Assembly: GCF_006345805.1 (NCBI RefSeq) | Contig: NC_043003.1 | Span: forward strand, 93,868,001-93,932,000 | Reading direction: 5' to 3' | DNA length: 64,000 bases | DNA from: Octopus sinensis | Taxonomy: Eukaryota | Shown here: piece by piece, positions 25,374 to 38,039 of the stretch | Numbering within the stretch: position 1 is the first letter of the stretch | Layout: the number at the start of each line of letters is the position of its first letter | Notes under the pieces: generated by a model | The model's input: the letters and a program-made list of their open reading frames with translations, nothing else | The model's database searches: none | What the model was told of the DNA's origin: nothing | Position numbers and translations under genes: made by a program

Positions 25374-26954
25374 TGACCAGCAGAATGTCACTAACGTTAA
25401 TCTTCACCAGCAGAATGTCATAAAAGATTTAGATCCAGTGGAGAGCTACAAGTACCTAGGGGTAATTGAAGGGGACGGAATAAGGCATTCAGTGATGAAG
25501 GAAAGGATCAGGAAAGAATGTTATCGCAGAGTAAGAGCAATACTCAAGAAGAGCTGAATGCGAGAAACAGGATCGAAGCGATCAATGCTTCAGCTATACC
25601 AGACGTAACTTACAGTTTCAATATCGTTAATTGGTCAATTACTGAAATATGTAATCTTGACAGAAAAATACGAAAACTGTTGACAATACATAGAATGCAT
25701 CACCCTAAGGCAGATATAGAACGACTTTATTTGCCAAGAAAAGAGTGAGGCCGTGGACTTTTACAACTTGTAATAACAATGAAGATTGCTACAATTGGCC
25801 TAGACACCTACGTGAAAACTCTGAGGATTAGATGTTAAAACTTGTCTCAAAACATGAAACAAGAAATCATCATACTCAGTAACAAAACAGGCAAAGGAAT
25901 ATCTAAGTGAATTCCGAATACAACAAATTTCAGAATTAGGCATACAAGAAACACGCATAGAAAAAGCTAAGCGCATGAATTAAATATTCTGATTGATAAA
26001 TGGCAAGAAAACCTCTCAATCGCAAATACCCACAGAGAGCGAATAATGCAGATGTTGACAAAGCCCTGACCCATTAATGGCTAATGATCTCTGGCTTAAA
26101 ATCTGAAACAGAAGGGTTTATCATAGCAGCTCAAGATCAATGCCTACCTACAAGGAACTACCAGGCCAACATATTAAAGAACGGCAGTAGCCCAACATGT
26201 CGTGTATGTCAACAACAAAATGAAACCATTGATCATGTTGCCTCCAAGTGCAGTCTTCTTGCGCCTACAGAGTATCTCAACAGGCATGATAGAGCTGCAC
26301 AATATATTCACTGGGTAATTTGCAAAAGCCTGGACTTGCCCCGTGATAAAAACTGGTAGGAACATAAACCATCTCCAGTGCTTGAAAATGACCACATCTC
26401 ACTCCTCTGGAACTTCACCATTCAAACTGACAGAAAGATAGATGCGAATAGGCAACACATCATATTGAAAGACTTCATACAAAAGACATGCCTCCTCATT
26501 GATATGACTGTCCTAATCGATATAAACGTATCTGTCAAGACCTACCAAAAACTGAGCAAATATAAAGATCTGGAAATAGAAATCAGGAAAATGTGGAACC
26601 TGAAGACTAAAACAATTCTTGTTGTCATAGGTGCCCTGGGAATGATAGCAAAAGGGGCTGATTGCTACCTAACTCAGATACCAGGAAACCCCAAAATGGC
26701 AGAAATTCAAAAGATAGTACTCATGGGAACTGCTCATATCCTAAACAAAATACTTTCAATGTAATCTCAAGTTTTAAAAGAAACATAATTTTCGTATGGT
26801 TTTTAGACATTCACTAGTACAATACTAAGTACAAAACCAAATATATGGCACCCTAGACCTAACACCAACATGAACATCCAGCTTGTTGTCTCTTGAGGTC
26901 TCTGGGTGAGACTTGGAGCCAACTTGTACAAATGTAAAGCAAAAGTCAAACACA

Positions 26955-26955
<1 letters not shown>
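25373..26955 (+). mobile_element. 5'-truncated R4/Dong-type LINE (RT end, CCHC zinc finger, RLE) in (TAA)n
   Basis: YKYLGV; RLYLPRKE*GRGL; LKSETEGFIIAAQDQ; CRVC...ETIDHVASKC; RH...IHWVIC; LLWNFTIQTDRKI...LIDM...KLSKYKDL. Flanked by (TAA)n. Contains frameshifts. Confidence 0.92.
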
Positions 26956-27027
<72 letters not shown>

Positions 27028-27029
27028 CC

Positions 27030-27631
27030 TTTCTACTGAAGGCCTGAGATTTTGGGGGAGGGGACTAGTCTATTGTATCGACCCGAGTGATTCACTGGTA
27101 CTTAATTTATCGACCCCGAAATGATGAAAGGGAAAGTCGACCCCGGCGGAATTTGAACTCAGAACGTAACGGCAGACAAAATATCTATTTCTTTACTACG
27201 CACAAGGGGATAAACACAGAGAAGACAAACAAGGACAGACAAACGGATTAAGTCGATTATATCGACCCCAGTGCGTAACTGGTACTTATTTAATCGACCC
27301 CGAAAGGATGAAAGGCATAGTCAACCTCGGCGGAATTTGAACTCAGAACGTAGCGGCAAACGAAATACCTATTTCTTTACTACCCACAAGGGGCTAAACA
27401 CAGAGAAGACAGACAAGGACAGACAAACGGATTAAGTCGATTATATCGACCCCAGTGCGTAACTGGTACTTATTTAATCGACCCCGAAAGGATGAAAGGC
27501 AAAGTCGACCTCGGCGGAATTTGAACTCAGAACGTAGCGGCAGACGAAATATTGCTAACCATTTCGCCCGGCGTGTTAACGGTTCTGCCAGCTCGCCGCC
27601 TTTTGCTAACGTTTCTGCCAGCTCGCCGCCT

Positions 27632-27632
<1 letters not shown>
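27030..27632 (-). mobile_element. SINE family B trimer (184-bp internal period) with a duplicated 30-bp head
   Basis: ATCGACCCCGAAA body starts at 27109, 27293 and 27477. Head CTGCCAGCTCGCCGCCTT occurs twice (27574-27632). Confidence 0.92.
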
Positions 27633-27696
<64 letters not shown>

Positions 27697-27716
27697 ATGA
27701 TGATGATGATGATGAT
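27633..27716. repeat. (TAC)n(TGA)n microsatellite
   Basis: Directly visible. Confidence 0.95.
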
Positions 27717-29469
27717 ACGAATAATTACTTTTTTGCCAGAAGAGCTACAGATGAGGAGACATTATATGGATGAATTATAAAACCAGTAGATTACAGAGAA
27801 AAGTGTAGGAGAAAATAATAAAAAAAACATACAAAACTAATTACCTTAGTACAGTGATAGTGATGTGGAGCGAATTAGGGTGCCTACAGACCCCTGATAT
27901 CACTCTTGTCAAGGGCACAATTCTTTACTAGACGTGATCTCCGACTTTCAAGAATAATATGACAGTAAACCCTTCAATCTGGATCAGAGTTACCAGTATC
28001 CCCTATATTTAAAACAAGTGACAGCTTGCTCTTCAAACAAAAAGGAAACCGTCGGAGTGGTCCTCACAACGGTTTCGGGAGTTAGCTAAACCTGTCCAGA
28101 AATACCGGAAGTTAAGCTCTCTGTTTATAATATGTCATGTTATTACAAAATCTCGAATAAATACTTTCAATGTAGCAAGTGTTCAATAGCCACAATTCTT
28201 CCAGTGATTATTGTTTAAGAAGAATTGTTTGGTTGTCAGGGAAGTTATCTGAATTTGAGTCAATATTCCGTGAATGATTGTTAGAATTAGTCTGTGTATC
28301 TTTTCTTTCAACAATCTTTATTAATTCATTGATTTTAGGCATTTATGACTAGTTTGCATTGCCACATGTTTTCTCTCAGCTTTTCTGCTATATAAGTAAT
28401 CTATTAAAACGTGCTTTTGTATTTATTATTCGAGCGTTAATTTATATTACTTTACAATAAATATTATACAAATGTATGTTAAGTCGATTGAAAAATATCT
28501 TTATATTGTGTATTATATTTGCACCTGATATTGTCATTTATTCAGTTTTCCTAGGCTTTACTCTTATCGTTACGTGGGCTGCTATTAGGAAAATTAATTA
28601 TGACTGAATTCGTAAAGATTCTGTTGATCAAAGTTTTCACAAAATTTGCTCGGAGAATTAGAAACATTGAAATACTGTTCACGTCCTGCAGCCATAGATA
28701 AGTATTTATAATAAGGAATCTTTTGTTAATGTCTTTGAAAGCAAAGCTGATACTTTCATGCAGATGGTATTTGTATTATCATAGATAAAGTTTTGAAATT
28801 GTTGGATATTTTAAGCACAAAGAAGATATAATTGATAAGAAAGGTTCACCCTAAAGCCAAAACGTCAGTGTAGGATACATAGTTCATTAGCACGATAGGT
28901 ATAAAACCAGTCTCCAATAATATAATTGCTGTTACCGTTATCCATTTCTTACTTATACTTATTTTATAGTTAATTCTTTCATTATTTCACAGTTATATTC
29001 CTCCATATTTCTCGTTTATTATCCTTTTAACACACAAATATAAGAAAGTAAAAATTAGTTGAGAAAGAATTTAAATAAAGTATCTGAGACAATGAAGCAA
29101 AGTTTCAGATCATTGATACATTCTGAAAGAATTAACTATAAAAATTCAATAAATAGTTGTACCTCAGAAGAGTTTGTGAAACCCAAAATAACATGCATCA
29201 ATAAACGATCTCAGCTATAAGTAAAACAATATCAGTAATATAAAACAGTATCAGTAATATAAATAGCAAACAAAATTCAATAGAAGAACGTTTTTCCACA
29301 CTCCGAAAAATCATTTATTAAATTACTTCCCTGTAGATAGCAAATAAATCAATTCGTTTTCGCATTTTCTTTTGTGTTTTATTCTATCATATATTCAGAG
29401 ATATTAAGTCAATATTAGTTTTGGAGGATAAAGTGTGTGTGTCTGTATGCATATATACATATAAATCTT

Positions 29470-29505
<36 letters not shown>

Positions 29506-29652
29506 CTAACACACACATACACGCACACATATTGTGTGTCTATAGCTAGATACATGACTGCTATTGTTGAATTAAGAGCTCCACTCAGATTATCATCATC
29601 CAGTCTACTTTTAGTATCGTTGTATGATTACTACTGTTATATATATATATGT

Positions 29653-30240
<588 letters not shown>

Positions 30241-30695
30241 TCCCGCAGTGATGTGAGAGTCAGATCTCTCTTTTTAAAAACGAACAGTTTCGAAAGATTA
30301 TTTACAAAATAATAGCTGATCGTTTGCGAAGGAGCATGTCTACAGTCAACACTTAGGATTTTGGCTCTGGTAACTTCTGCTCTTTGTAGTGTTCACGCTC
30401 GACCAGCTATATGCATATAGGTGCGCCTCAAAAAAAATTATAATATTGTGCATTAATGAAATATTTGTTTTCAATTAAGTCAAAATGTCAACATTTTCTA
30501 ACTTTCACAATCTCTGTTTTTGATACCATGTATTGTTTCAATTTTAAAATATTATTTCTGCATCATTTTCAGGTATTACATTGTACTTTTGATATATTGG
30601 GAGGTTATTGGTTATGTCGTAAGAATTTTGTATGCTTTGTATCATTGTACTAATATAAGAAACAAACATAGAAAGTGTGAACATAAAATCGGCTT

Positions 30696-31102
30696 CATAT
30701 TTTGACACAAGGCCAGCAATTCGGGGTATGGGTAAGTCGATTACATCGATTTCAGTGTTCAGCTGGCACTTGTTTCATTGACCACTGTTCAACCGGCACT
30801 TATTTTAGTGAACCCCAAAAGGAAGAAGGGTAAAATCAAGCTCTGCAGAACGTAAAAACGGGAGAAATACCTATTTCTTTATTACCCACAAGGGGCTAAA
30901 CATAGATGGAACAAACAAGGACAGACATAGGTATTAAGTCGATTATATCGACCCCAGTACGTAACTGGTACTTAATTTATCGACCCCGAAAGGATGAAAG
31001 GCAAAGTCGACCTCGGCGGAATTTGAACTCAGAACATAACGGCAGACGAAATACCGCTAAGCATTTAGTTCGGCGTGTTAACGATTCTGCCAACTCGCCG
31101 CC
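30696..31102 (-). mobile_element. SINE family B dimer-type copy
   Basis: Head at 31102; body; AAATAGGTATTTC junction; second decayed body; TTGTGTCAAAATATG tail. Confidence 0.85.
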
Positions 31103-31799
31103 CTAGTATGGACATAAATATTATGATATTGATGTTAATTCACGGAGTTCACCTCTAAATACGCAAGAAGAGAGACGCGTTTATTATTTTTGTGATGATA
31201 TTTCTTTCATACAATTCGACGTGATTTTGTTATGTACTGATGTCAATTTTTTTTTATTATTATGCAATTTGTACTATATGCTTGTTTCTTTTGGTCGCAT
31301 TATCCCTTATAATCTCATGATTTGAATTATCAATAAAGTAGTATTCTGTGTGACAAATGAAAAATTAACCCTTTGTCTATCCAAAGCATTTTTCTGAGTT
31401 TGTCCTTAACATTCATGACTTGTTTTCAGACTTTTAGTTAGCTCTTGTTTCATACGTCTCGAGTCATATAACGCTTACCTTTGTTATATCAAGTTACTCT
31501 AGCGGTTGTAAAACACTGGGAACGTATATCATATATAAAGTATAGACGAAAGGAAAACATTTCCTGTGTATCACATATGATACACAAGATAGGCGAAAGG
31601 CTTAAATAGATCTGTGTAAGTGAAAGATAGTATATGCGTGTTTGCGCGTTCTTTTTGCAGTAGAGAAGAGTATTACAAATAGATAATATTCATGAGACGG
31701 CAGTACTGTAAACTGTGTGTCCATTCAAATAATATCATCGTTGCCTCACGTTTTGGTAGGTATTTGGACCCAAGTGTATTCTGTTAGTCCATTACATGT

Positions 31800-31981
31800 T
31801 CGTACAAATCGGCAGTCAATATAATCGAATACTAGTCAGTGCTACATTGTTTTATCGACCCAGTAAAGATGAAAGTAAAATTGATCTCACGCACGATTTC
31901 GAGTCAGAACATATAGAGCCGGAAGAAATGCTGTATGGATTTTTTCTAACGTTCCAACGATTCTGTTAGTTCGTTACCTTA
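31800..31981 (-). mobile_element. SINE family B, old and decayed
   Basis: AACGATTCTGTTAGTTCGTTACCTT head and TTTATCGACCC...GATGAAAG body. Confidence 0.55.
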
Positions 31982-32099
31982 ATATTTAATGTAGGTTAAA
32001 ATTTGAGGACATTTCTTAATAAGAACAGATTCTAACTTTATAATATGCATGTATACATGTAGATATATTCGCCCATACACATACATGTATGCATGTGTA

Positions 32100-32131
<32 letters not shown>

Positions 32132-32437
32132 CTAAGCAATAAAGGGTTTAGCAACGAATTGCCTTACCACATACCGAATTTAGAAATAGCAGTCAAAGAG
32201 TTATAGCTATTTCTTCTACTAAAAAGGGAGATCTCAGTAAAAACAGCAATTGGAAGGCAGACACAAACAGGTAAGAGAGAATGAATTGACGGCAATCTAT
32301 CATACAATTTTAAGTTATCTACGGACGTACGTTTCGAAATCAAGTTTTTAGGAAAGCATAAGAATTAAATATCAAATAATTCTATCTTACCAAAAACTTC
32401 TTTTCTCTTCAGCGCAGAATACTATAATCATTACGGA

Positions 32438-32441
<4 letters not shown>
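32132..32441 (-). mobile_element. 310-bp non-coding hammerhead-bearing mini-element inserted in (TA)n
   Basis: Bounded on both sides by (TA)n tracts; no ORF; carries a canonical HHR near its 5' end. Confidence 0.65.
32318..32418 (-). ncRNA. Minimal type I hammerhead ribozyme with canonical core and about 70-nt helix II
   Basis: UCUGCG CUGAAGA GAAA-AG-AAGUUUUUGG...AGAAUUA/UAAUUCU...CCUAAAAACUU-GA-UUUC GAAA CGUACG UC|CGUAGA. Palindromic ACGUACGU helix III; GUC cleavage between 32324 and 32323. Confidence 0.85.
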
Positions 32442-32484
<43 letters not shown>

Positions 32485-32572
32485 TTGTCGTGATATTTTG
32501 AACACATACATACACACAAACACTCATAGACACATATACACACTCACGGACATACTCACACACATATTTATA

Positions 32573-32719
32573 GGTGTGGCTGTGTGGTAAGAAACTTGCT
32601 TCTAGGTTCAGTCTCACTGCGTCGTACCTTGGGCAAGTATCTTCTACTCTAGCCTCGGACCGACCAAAGCCTTGTGAGTGGATTTGTAGACGGAAACGGA
32701 AAGAAGCCCATCGTATATT

Positions 32720-32782
<63 letters not shown>

Positions 32783-33062
32783 GTCTACATGTGTGTGAGT
32801 GTGTGAGTGTGTGTGCGTGCTTGTGTGTGTGTGTGTATGCACGTGTTTTGTATGCGTGTCTTTGTGATTGTTTTTCTTCCGGCACCGCTTGACGACCGGT
32901 GTTGATATATTTACGTTCCCGTAACTTAGAGGTTTGGCAAAAGACACCGATAGAATAAGTACCAGACTTTAAAAAATGTAGTGGAGTCGATTCATTCAAC
33001 TAAATATCCTTCAAGGTGGTGCTTCAGAATGGCTGCCGTCTCACAACTGAAACAAGTAAAGA
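32573..33062 (+). mobile_element. SINE family C (CORE-like body) with expanded internal microsatellite
   Basis: GTGGCTGTGTGGTAAG head, ACCTTGGGCAAGT body and CTGAAACAAGTAAA tail. Confidence 0.85.
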
Positions 33063-33174
33063 CAAAAAATAAAAGATACATGCATACGTAAATACATATT
33101 TACCTACACATGCATGCACACACACACGTACACGCGCGCACGCACACGCACACGCACACACATATATATATATA

Positions 33175-34139
33175 TAGGGTGGGTGGAAAGTAAATAGGTA
33201 TTAAAGATTGCTGATAGAAATTTTAGTATCACTGAAGCCATGACTAAATCATTTTTTTAAATGGGGATTTCCTATTTTTTTATTGTTTTATTTCTTATTT
33301 CGTATTTTCTACGGTTTATATTGAATTTGGTACTTACATATATATATATACATACCTGCAGTACAATCTCGATACATGACGCCTAAATTTTGGTTTTATT
33401 GACCGTGAGTGAGCTAAGATAGCAGCATGCTATGAAGTGTGGAATTCCATTGATCTGGTTCAGAGATTGTGGCGCGCATGGGAAGGTAAGCATGCAATAC
33501 TGCGATCGGAAACAATAAAAAGTTGTCATGCAAAGCTGACGACCACGGGTTCTGTGAACGATGCAAGAAGTGGCCGTCCAACCACAAGCCGATTAGCGGA
33601 GGACGTGGCAACAGCGAAGGAAAGGTGTAATCGCAGTCCGCAAAAATCAACACTTCAAGCAGCTCGTGAAAGTGGACTAACAAGACGCAGAATGCGTACG
33701 GTGTTGCATAAAGAATTGAATTTTCATCCGTGGAAGCCCCGTTACGTGCAGGAGCCAAAATCTGAAGACTGTAACCGTAGAAGTCTAGAAGATCGGAACT
33801 CCAAGAAGTCCAGAACTCATTCTATGTGATTTTTGCCTGTAGAGTTACACAAAAGAGGAGCTGTACAAGACAAAACCTTGCACACTGGAGGACTTGGAGA
33901 TATGGATTCAGGAAGTTCTCAATGATATCTCAGGTGACGTCCTTCAGAAGGTTGTTCATTCCATCCCTGACCGTTTTAGGAAAATGGTTGACGCCACCGA
34001 TGCTTACGTTGAAATATGAATATTTACTTTCATTTTCCCATGTAATAAAGAACATATATAATTTGTTTTATTAAATTCGTAAAAGGAATATGGATTTTAT
34101 TAACAATTTTTAATGCTTACTTACTTTTCACCCACCCTG
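33175..34139 (+). mobile_element. Internally deleted Tc1/mariner (maT/rosa-like) transposon, 965 bp
   Basis: Imperfect TIRs of about 35 bp (TAGGGTGGGTGGAAAGTAAATAGGTATTAAAGATT / AATTTTTAATGCTTACTTACTTTTCACCCACCCTG) with TA on both sides. N-terminal HTH region with SGRP (ORF 33437-33829) joined to PRSP.L..CD and the C-terminus; DDD domain missing. Confidence 0.88.
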
Positions 34140-34224
34140 TATATACTTAGTTACAGGATTCATTATAATCTTGGCGCATCAAGACGTAGGACGCCAGGAC
34201 TTACTAGGTACTATGATATTAACT

Positions 34225-34322
34225 TCACAGTCAGTGAGTAAAACCAAACTTTAGGCGTCATGTATCGAGAGTGTACTGCAGGTATGTATATATGTAAGTA
34301 CCAAATTTAATATAAACCATAG
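34225..34322 (-). repeat. Inverted copy of mariner internal segment 33309-33408, outside the right TIR
   Basis: Reverse complement matches CTACGGTTTATATT...CTGCAGTACA.TCTCGATACATGACGCCTAAA...GGTTTTA. Confidence 0.85.
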
Positions 34323-34682
34323 ATCCGACTCAGGATTGGTTCCAGGCTACCTACCCCAATACAACTCAGGATTGGGGTAGATATCAAAAATAATTACACA
34401 AATGGGCTTAAAATATACTATAGCTGTTTTGGTAGAATTTTATTGATGCATTCCTAGATTACATTATAGTATAAATCTGCCATCCTCAGGTAAAAATTTA
34501 AACATGTATAAGCATTGATGATGACCTATCCAACAATCAACATCATGAATAAGTGATATTTTAAAAAATAACAATCGAATTTATAGAGAGATCATAGAAA
34601 ATATAGCGCACATTCACAGAGTAAAGAGGTCAAACCAACATTATTTTTCAAACATTTACTTTTAATAAGTTTATAACCGTGA

Positions 34683-34738
34683 ACTGTTCTGAAGAGGTGC
34701 TTGGAAGTAGCAGGGCTAGCCAAAACATTTCTAACAGT
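34683..34738 (+). ncRNA. Decayed minimal hammerhead-like motif
   Basis: ACUGUU CUGAAGA GG...CC AAAA CAUU UC U AACAGU. Requires G12 to A (a CpG-type change) and CAUG to CAUU. Confidence 0.35.
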
Positions 34739-35809
34739 CTATTCCACTTAAAGATTTTGTTTGTAATACGTGTTTTAGTTGATTTCTTTTTCTGAAAGCC
34801 CTAGCTTACCCAGATTGTCACTTAGGCATTTACTCAGAAAACCAAATGCACCAATTATTATTTGTATAAATAGAAATTTATAATTTGGATATAGAAGCTA
34901 GAGGTTTCAACGCAGTTGTCCTTAGTTGTCCTCTTTCTCATCGATTTTCAAAGAGATATTCACATGAGCAGAACGGTTGATCTCTATGATGAGACATACT
35001 TTTCTTGTCTGCCTCAAACAACATTTAAGTTTATATATATGTGTGTATTCCACTTTATAAAGTAGTTGTTTGCAAATACATCAGTGTAAAGATAAATCTA
35101 TTTGGTGATTGTCGTAATTGTTTGCACGACGCGTAAATGATACATTTGAACTCTCGTCTGAATTCATTTAGTTTTAACACAGTTTACTGGTGATGTATGG
35201 AAACTTGAAATCAATATGATACATATTTCTATATCACATTTCTTCATGTCAGGTTTCCGATAGGAACTAACACAGAGCTTTTGTCTGCAGCAGAACTTCA
35301 ATGCTAAAAATAACGCTCATCCAACATTCAATACTAAAAATATGACCGCATTTGATCTAAGACCCGGTCACTAGTTAATCACCAATACACTATAGTCTGA
35401 AGCCGCTTGTCAATGAAGGAAGTTGATGATGATATACTAAACATGTCAAATAAGAATAACAGTTACATTATAGAGAGGATTCCGGGCAACGTGAAACAGC
35501 TGTGTGTAACGTTGCATCAGGTTAACTTTAAATATTTAGTGTATTTATTGGTTACATTCCGTCTATCTGAAAGTTATTTAGGAGTAAGATTTTCATATAA
35601 TGCTACATTGGCAAGGGTTTAGAGGAGATAGAATGCAACGAAGATGAATTTAACAGGAACTTATTCTCTTGAGTAAATAGTTTCTTCAAAGCATGAGACC
35701 TTATTCCTCGTTAAATTAAAGAAATAACCTTTTTTGGTTTTACACACTATCCTATATTTCCAGAGAAGTAGAATGAGAGGTAATGCTTGTCTTTTGGAAA
35801 CTAAAACAT

Positions 35810-35945
35810 TGGCTTAGACTCGTCACCGAGATCAACTTTGCCTTTCAATTTTTCGGGGTAGATAAAATAAATATCAGCTGATGATGTAATCGTCTTTCCC
35901 CTCCCCTTAAATTGCTAGCCTTGTGCCAAAGTTTGAAAAAATTAT
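35810..35945 (+). mobile_element. SINE family B remnant
   Basis: CCGAGATCAACTTTGCCTTTCA...TCGGGGTAGATAAAATA...GCCTTGTGCCAAAGTTTGAAA. Confidence 0.7.
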
Positions 35946-36419
35946 TTTTACCATTTATTTTACAATAATCGGCAGCAGATTTAGGCTAATATCTGGTGAC
36001 ATTTCCTACTGACAAAACACAGTAGTCCTATGAGAGGAAAATAGAATTGGGCCATTGTGATATTCGTACTTTTTGTAAAGACTTTAGCATTGCACATGAA
36101 GTGAAAATAATATTAACTTGGTTTGAAACCTGTCACGGTATCGAACTGGCGGGAGCTTATATCTGGCACATGGCAATGCCTGACTAGGAGTATTTACACT
36201 AAGATTTAAGCCAGAAAAAACGAAGCGTTGGAGACAATTTAATCTGCATTTATTATTAAATACTGCAAAATTGACAGGCAATTAAAATCTAATAGAACAA
36301 AGAAAAAAAAATGAATGAAAATAATTGAAAATTTATCTCAAAAATGTGTGAGACAGGTCAAGTAAAGATTAAATATTGATCTAGTTAATTCTTCATTTGT
36401 TGCAAAGAATACAGTTTCA

Positions 36420-37800
36420 TTTGATAATTCTAATCTTGACAATGAAGCAATATATTTACATCAGTACCATCTCCGGCATTCTCACAACTTCATCTTTCAT
36501 CTCCCTCTACCCTCAGATTGCACTTTACGCTTTTACAAATTTACGTCCTTCAAAATCCATTGCTTCATCTTTTCCTATCCCCTTAGTTACTTCCCTCTGC
36601 CACCAGCCCCACCCCGCATCCCACGATTCCCCGGCATCCCTGGCATCCCCGGCATCTCCGACATCCTCGCACACCTACCACATACATATTCATTCAAATA
36701 CACATACCTGGCAACCTTGATCACTCGATCGTCTCAGCCAGTAATTGCTCCACAGAACTCATATTAAAATTCCTCCATCTTATCCTTTCATCGCTAGTAG
36801 CTTCCCTCCAATTCTACATGTTTGACACCAACTATACCCTCTCCCTTAATTCTTTTACATTCTGCGGCCTCTTCCGAATTTTATTCCTCTCAGATATTAA
36901 GTACCAATATACCATTACCCAACTCAGTGATGGTCTTCTCGCTTCACAACCTTTTCTTGACGTTTCACTCTACTTCAATTGGCCAAGCTGTCCACGTTCT
37001 TAATTGTTACTTGTTTGCGGGAGTCTTTTACCAGCAGGTCTATGGAATGAATATAAACTACAGCAAGGCCTCCCAACTATGCTAAACTGTGCATTGGATA
37101 CGCTGAGGCCTGAATGTTCTCATTGACCAACGATCTCACCACCGAACGATATGGTCATTACATCGACACCACCTTCTCTCCCGTGAACAACTCAACACCA
37201 TTTCTTTCATCGACTAGTTTTATCCTTAGAATTCACCGCTCCTATTTCTTTCTCGGTATATCTGTTATCAGCACATTATCTTTTATAAACCCACTTGCTC
37301 CTACATCTAATTTGACTTTATCTTTTCATAACTCACCCGAATCATAACTTTTCCACCAACTCTCAATTGCTCTACCTTTGCTATCTCTGTAGTCACAATC
37401 ATTGGTTAGGTTGTTTAGAGACATAGTATCAATACACGCCCATCATTTTTCTCGATGCAGATACTCCAACTTTAGTCTAAAATACCTTCACACTCACCCG
37501 TTAAATCTATTGAAATACCGTCATCTTCTCTTTTTCTGTCCCACTAACAACCACCTTCTTTCTCCTTTCATATATCAACCCATAGTACTATCCTACATAT
37601 ACTCCGAATCCAACCCCCTTACTGTTCACATCTTCCACAAATCACTCTCTCTTCCTTTAATAACAGCCGTAAGCTTCAAGATCTTCTAGTTCGTAGCTTC
37701 TTTCATATGTCTAACATCCAACCTTCCCTTCGTTGTTTCAGACCAAATCTGTCTTTTCCTCTCAACATCACACTCCTCTCAGGTCTAACGCTCACTCTTT
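36420..37800 (+). pseudogene. Decayed Penelope-like (Poseidon-like) reverse transcriptase
   Basis: IVSASNCSTELILKFL...DTNYTL...LFLSDIKYQYT...DGLLA..PFLD; LNCYLFAGVFYQQVYGM; PNYAKLCIGY; YGHYIDT (decayed YIDD). Boundaries approximate. Confidence 0.7.
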
Positions 37801-38039
37801 CCATATAACTGGTTCCTTCACCTCCCTGTCATTCTTATTTACTGCTTAAAATGTGCCATCTACAGATTTTTCATATATCGGAAGATTGGACGACGCTTGC
37901 CTGGCTGCTATACTGCTATACTGAACAATTGTGGACATTCACCCTAGTATTGGCTCTATTGTTTCATGCTATTTCCGTTCTCCAACACGAATACGGACTT
38001 ATTTTCACTCCTCAAACATGTACCCACATATACATACAC

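Noticed and set aside
28045-28076. 8-bp stem GAAACCGT/ACGGTTTC resembling a hammerhead helix III
   Set aside because: No CUGANGA core or helix II upstream on either strand.
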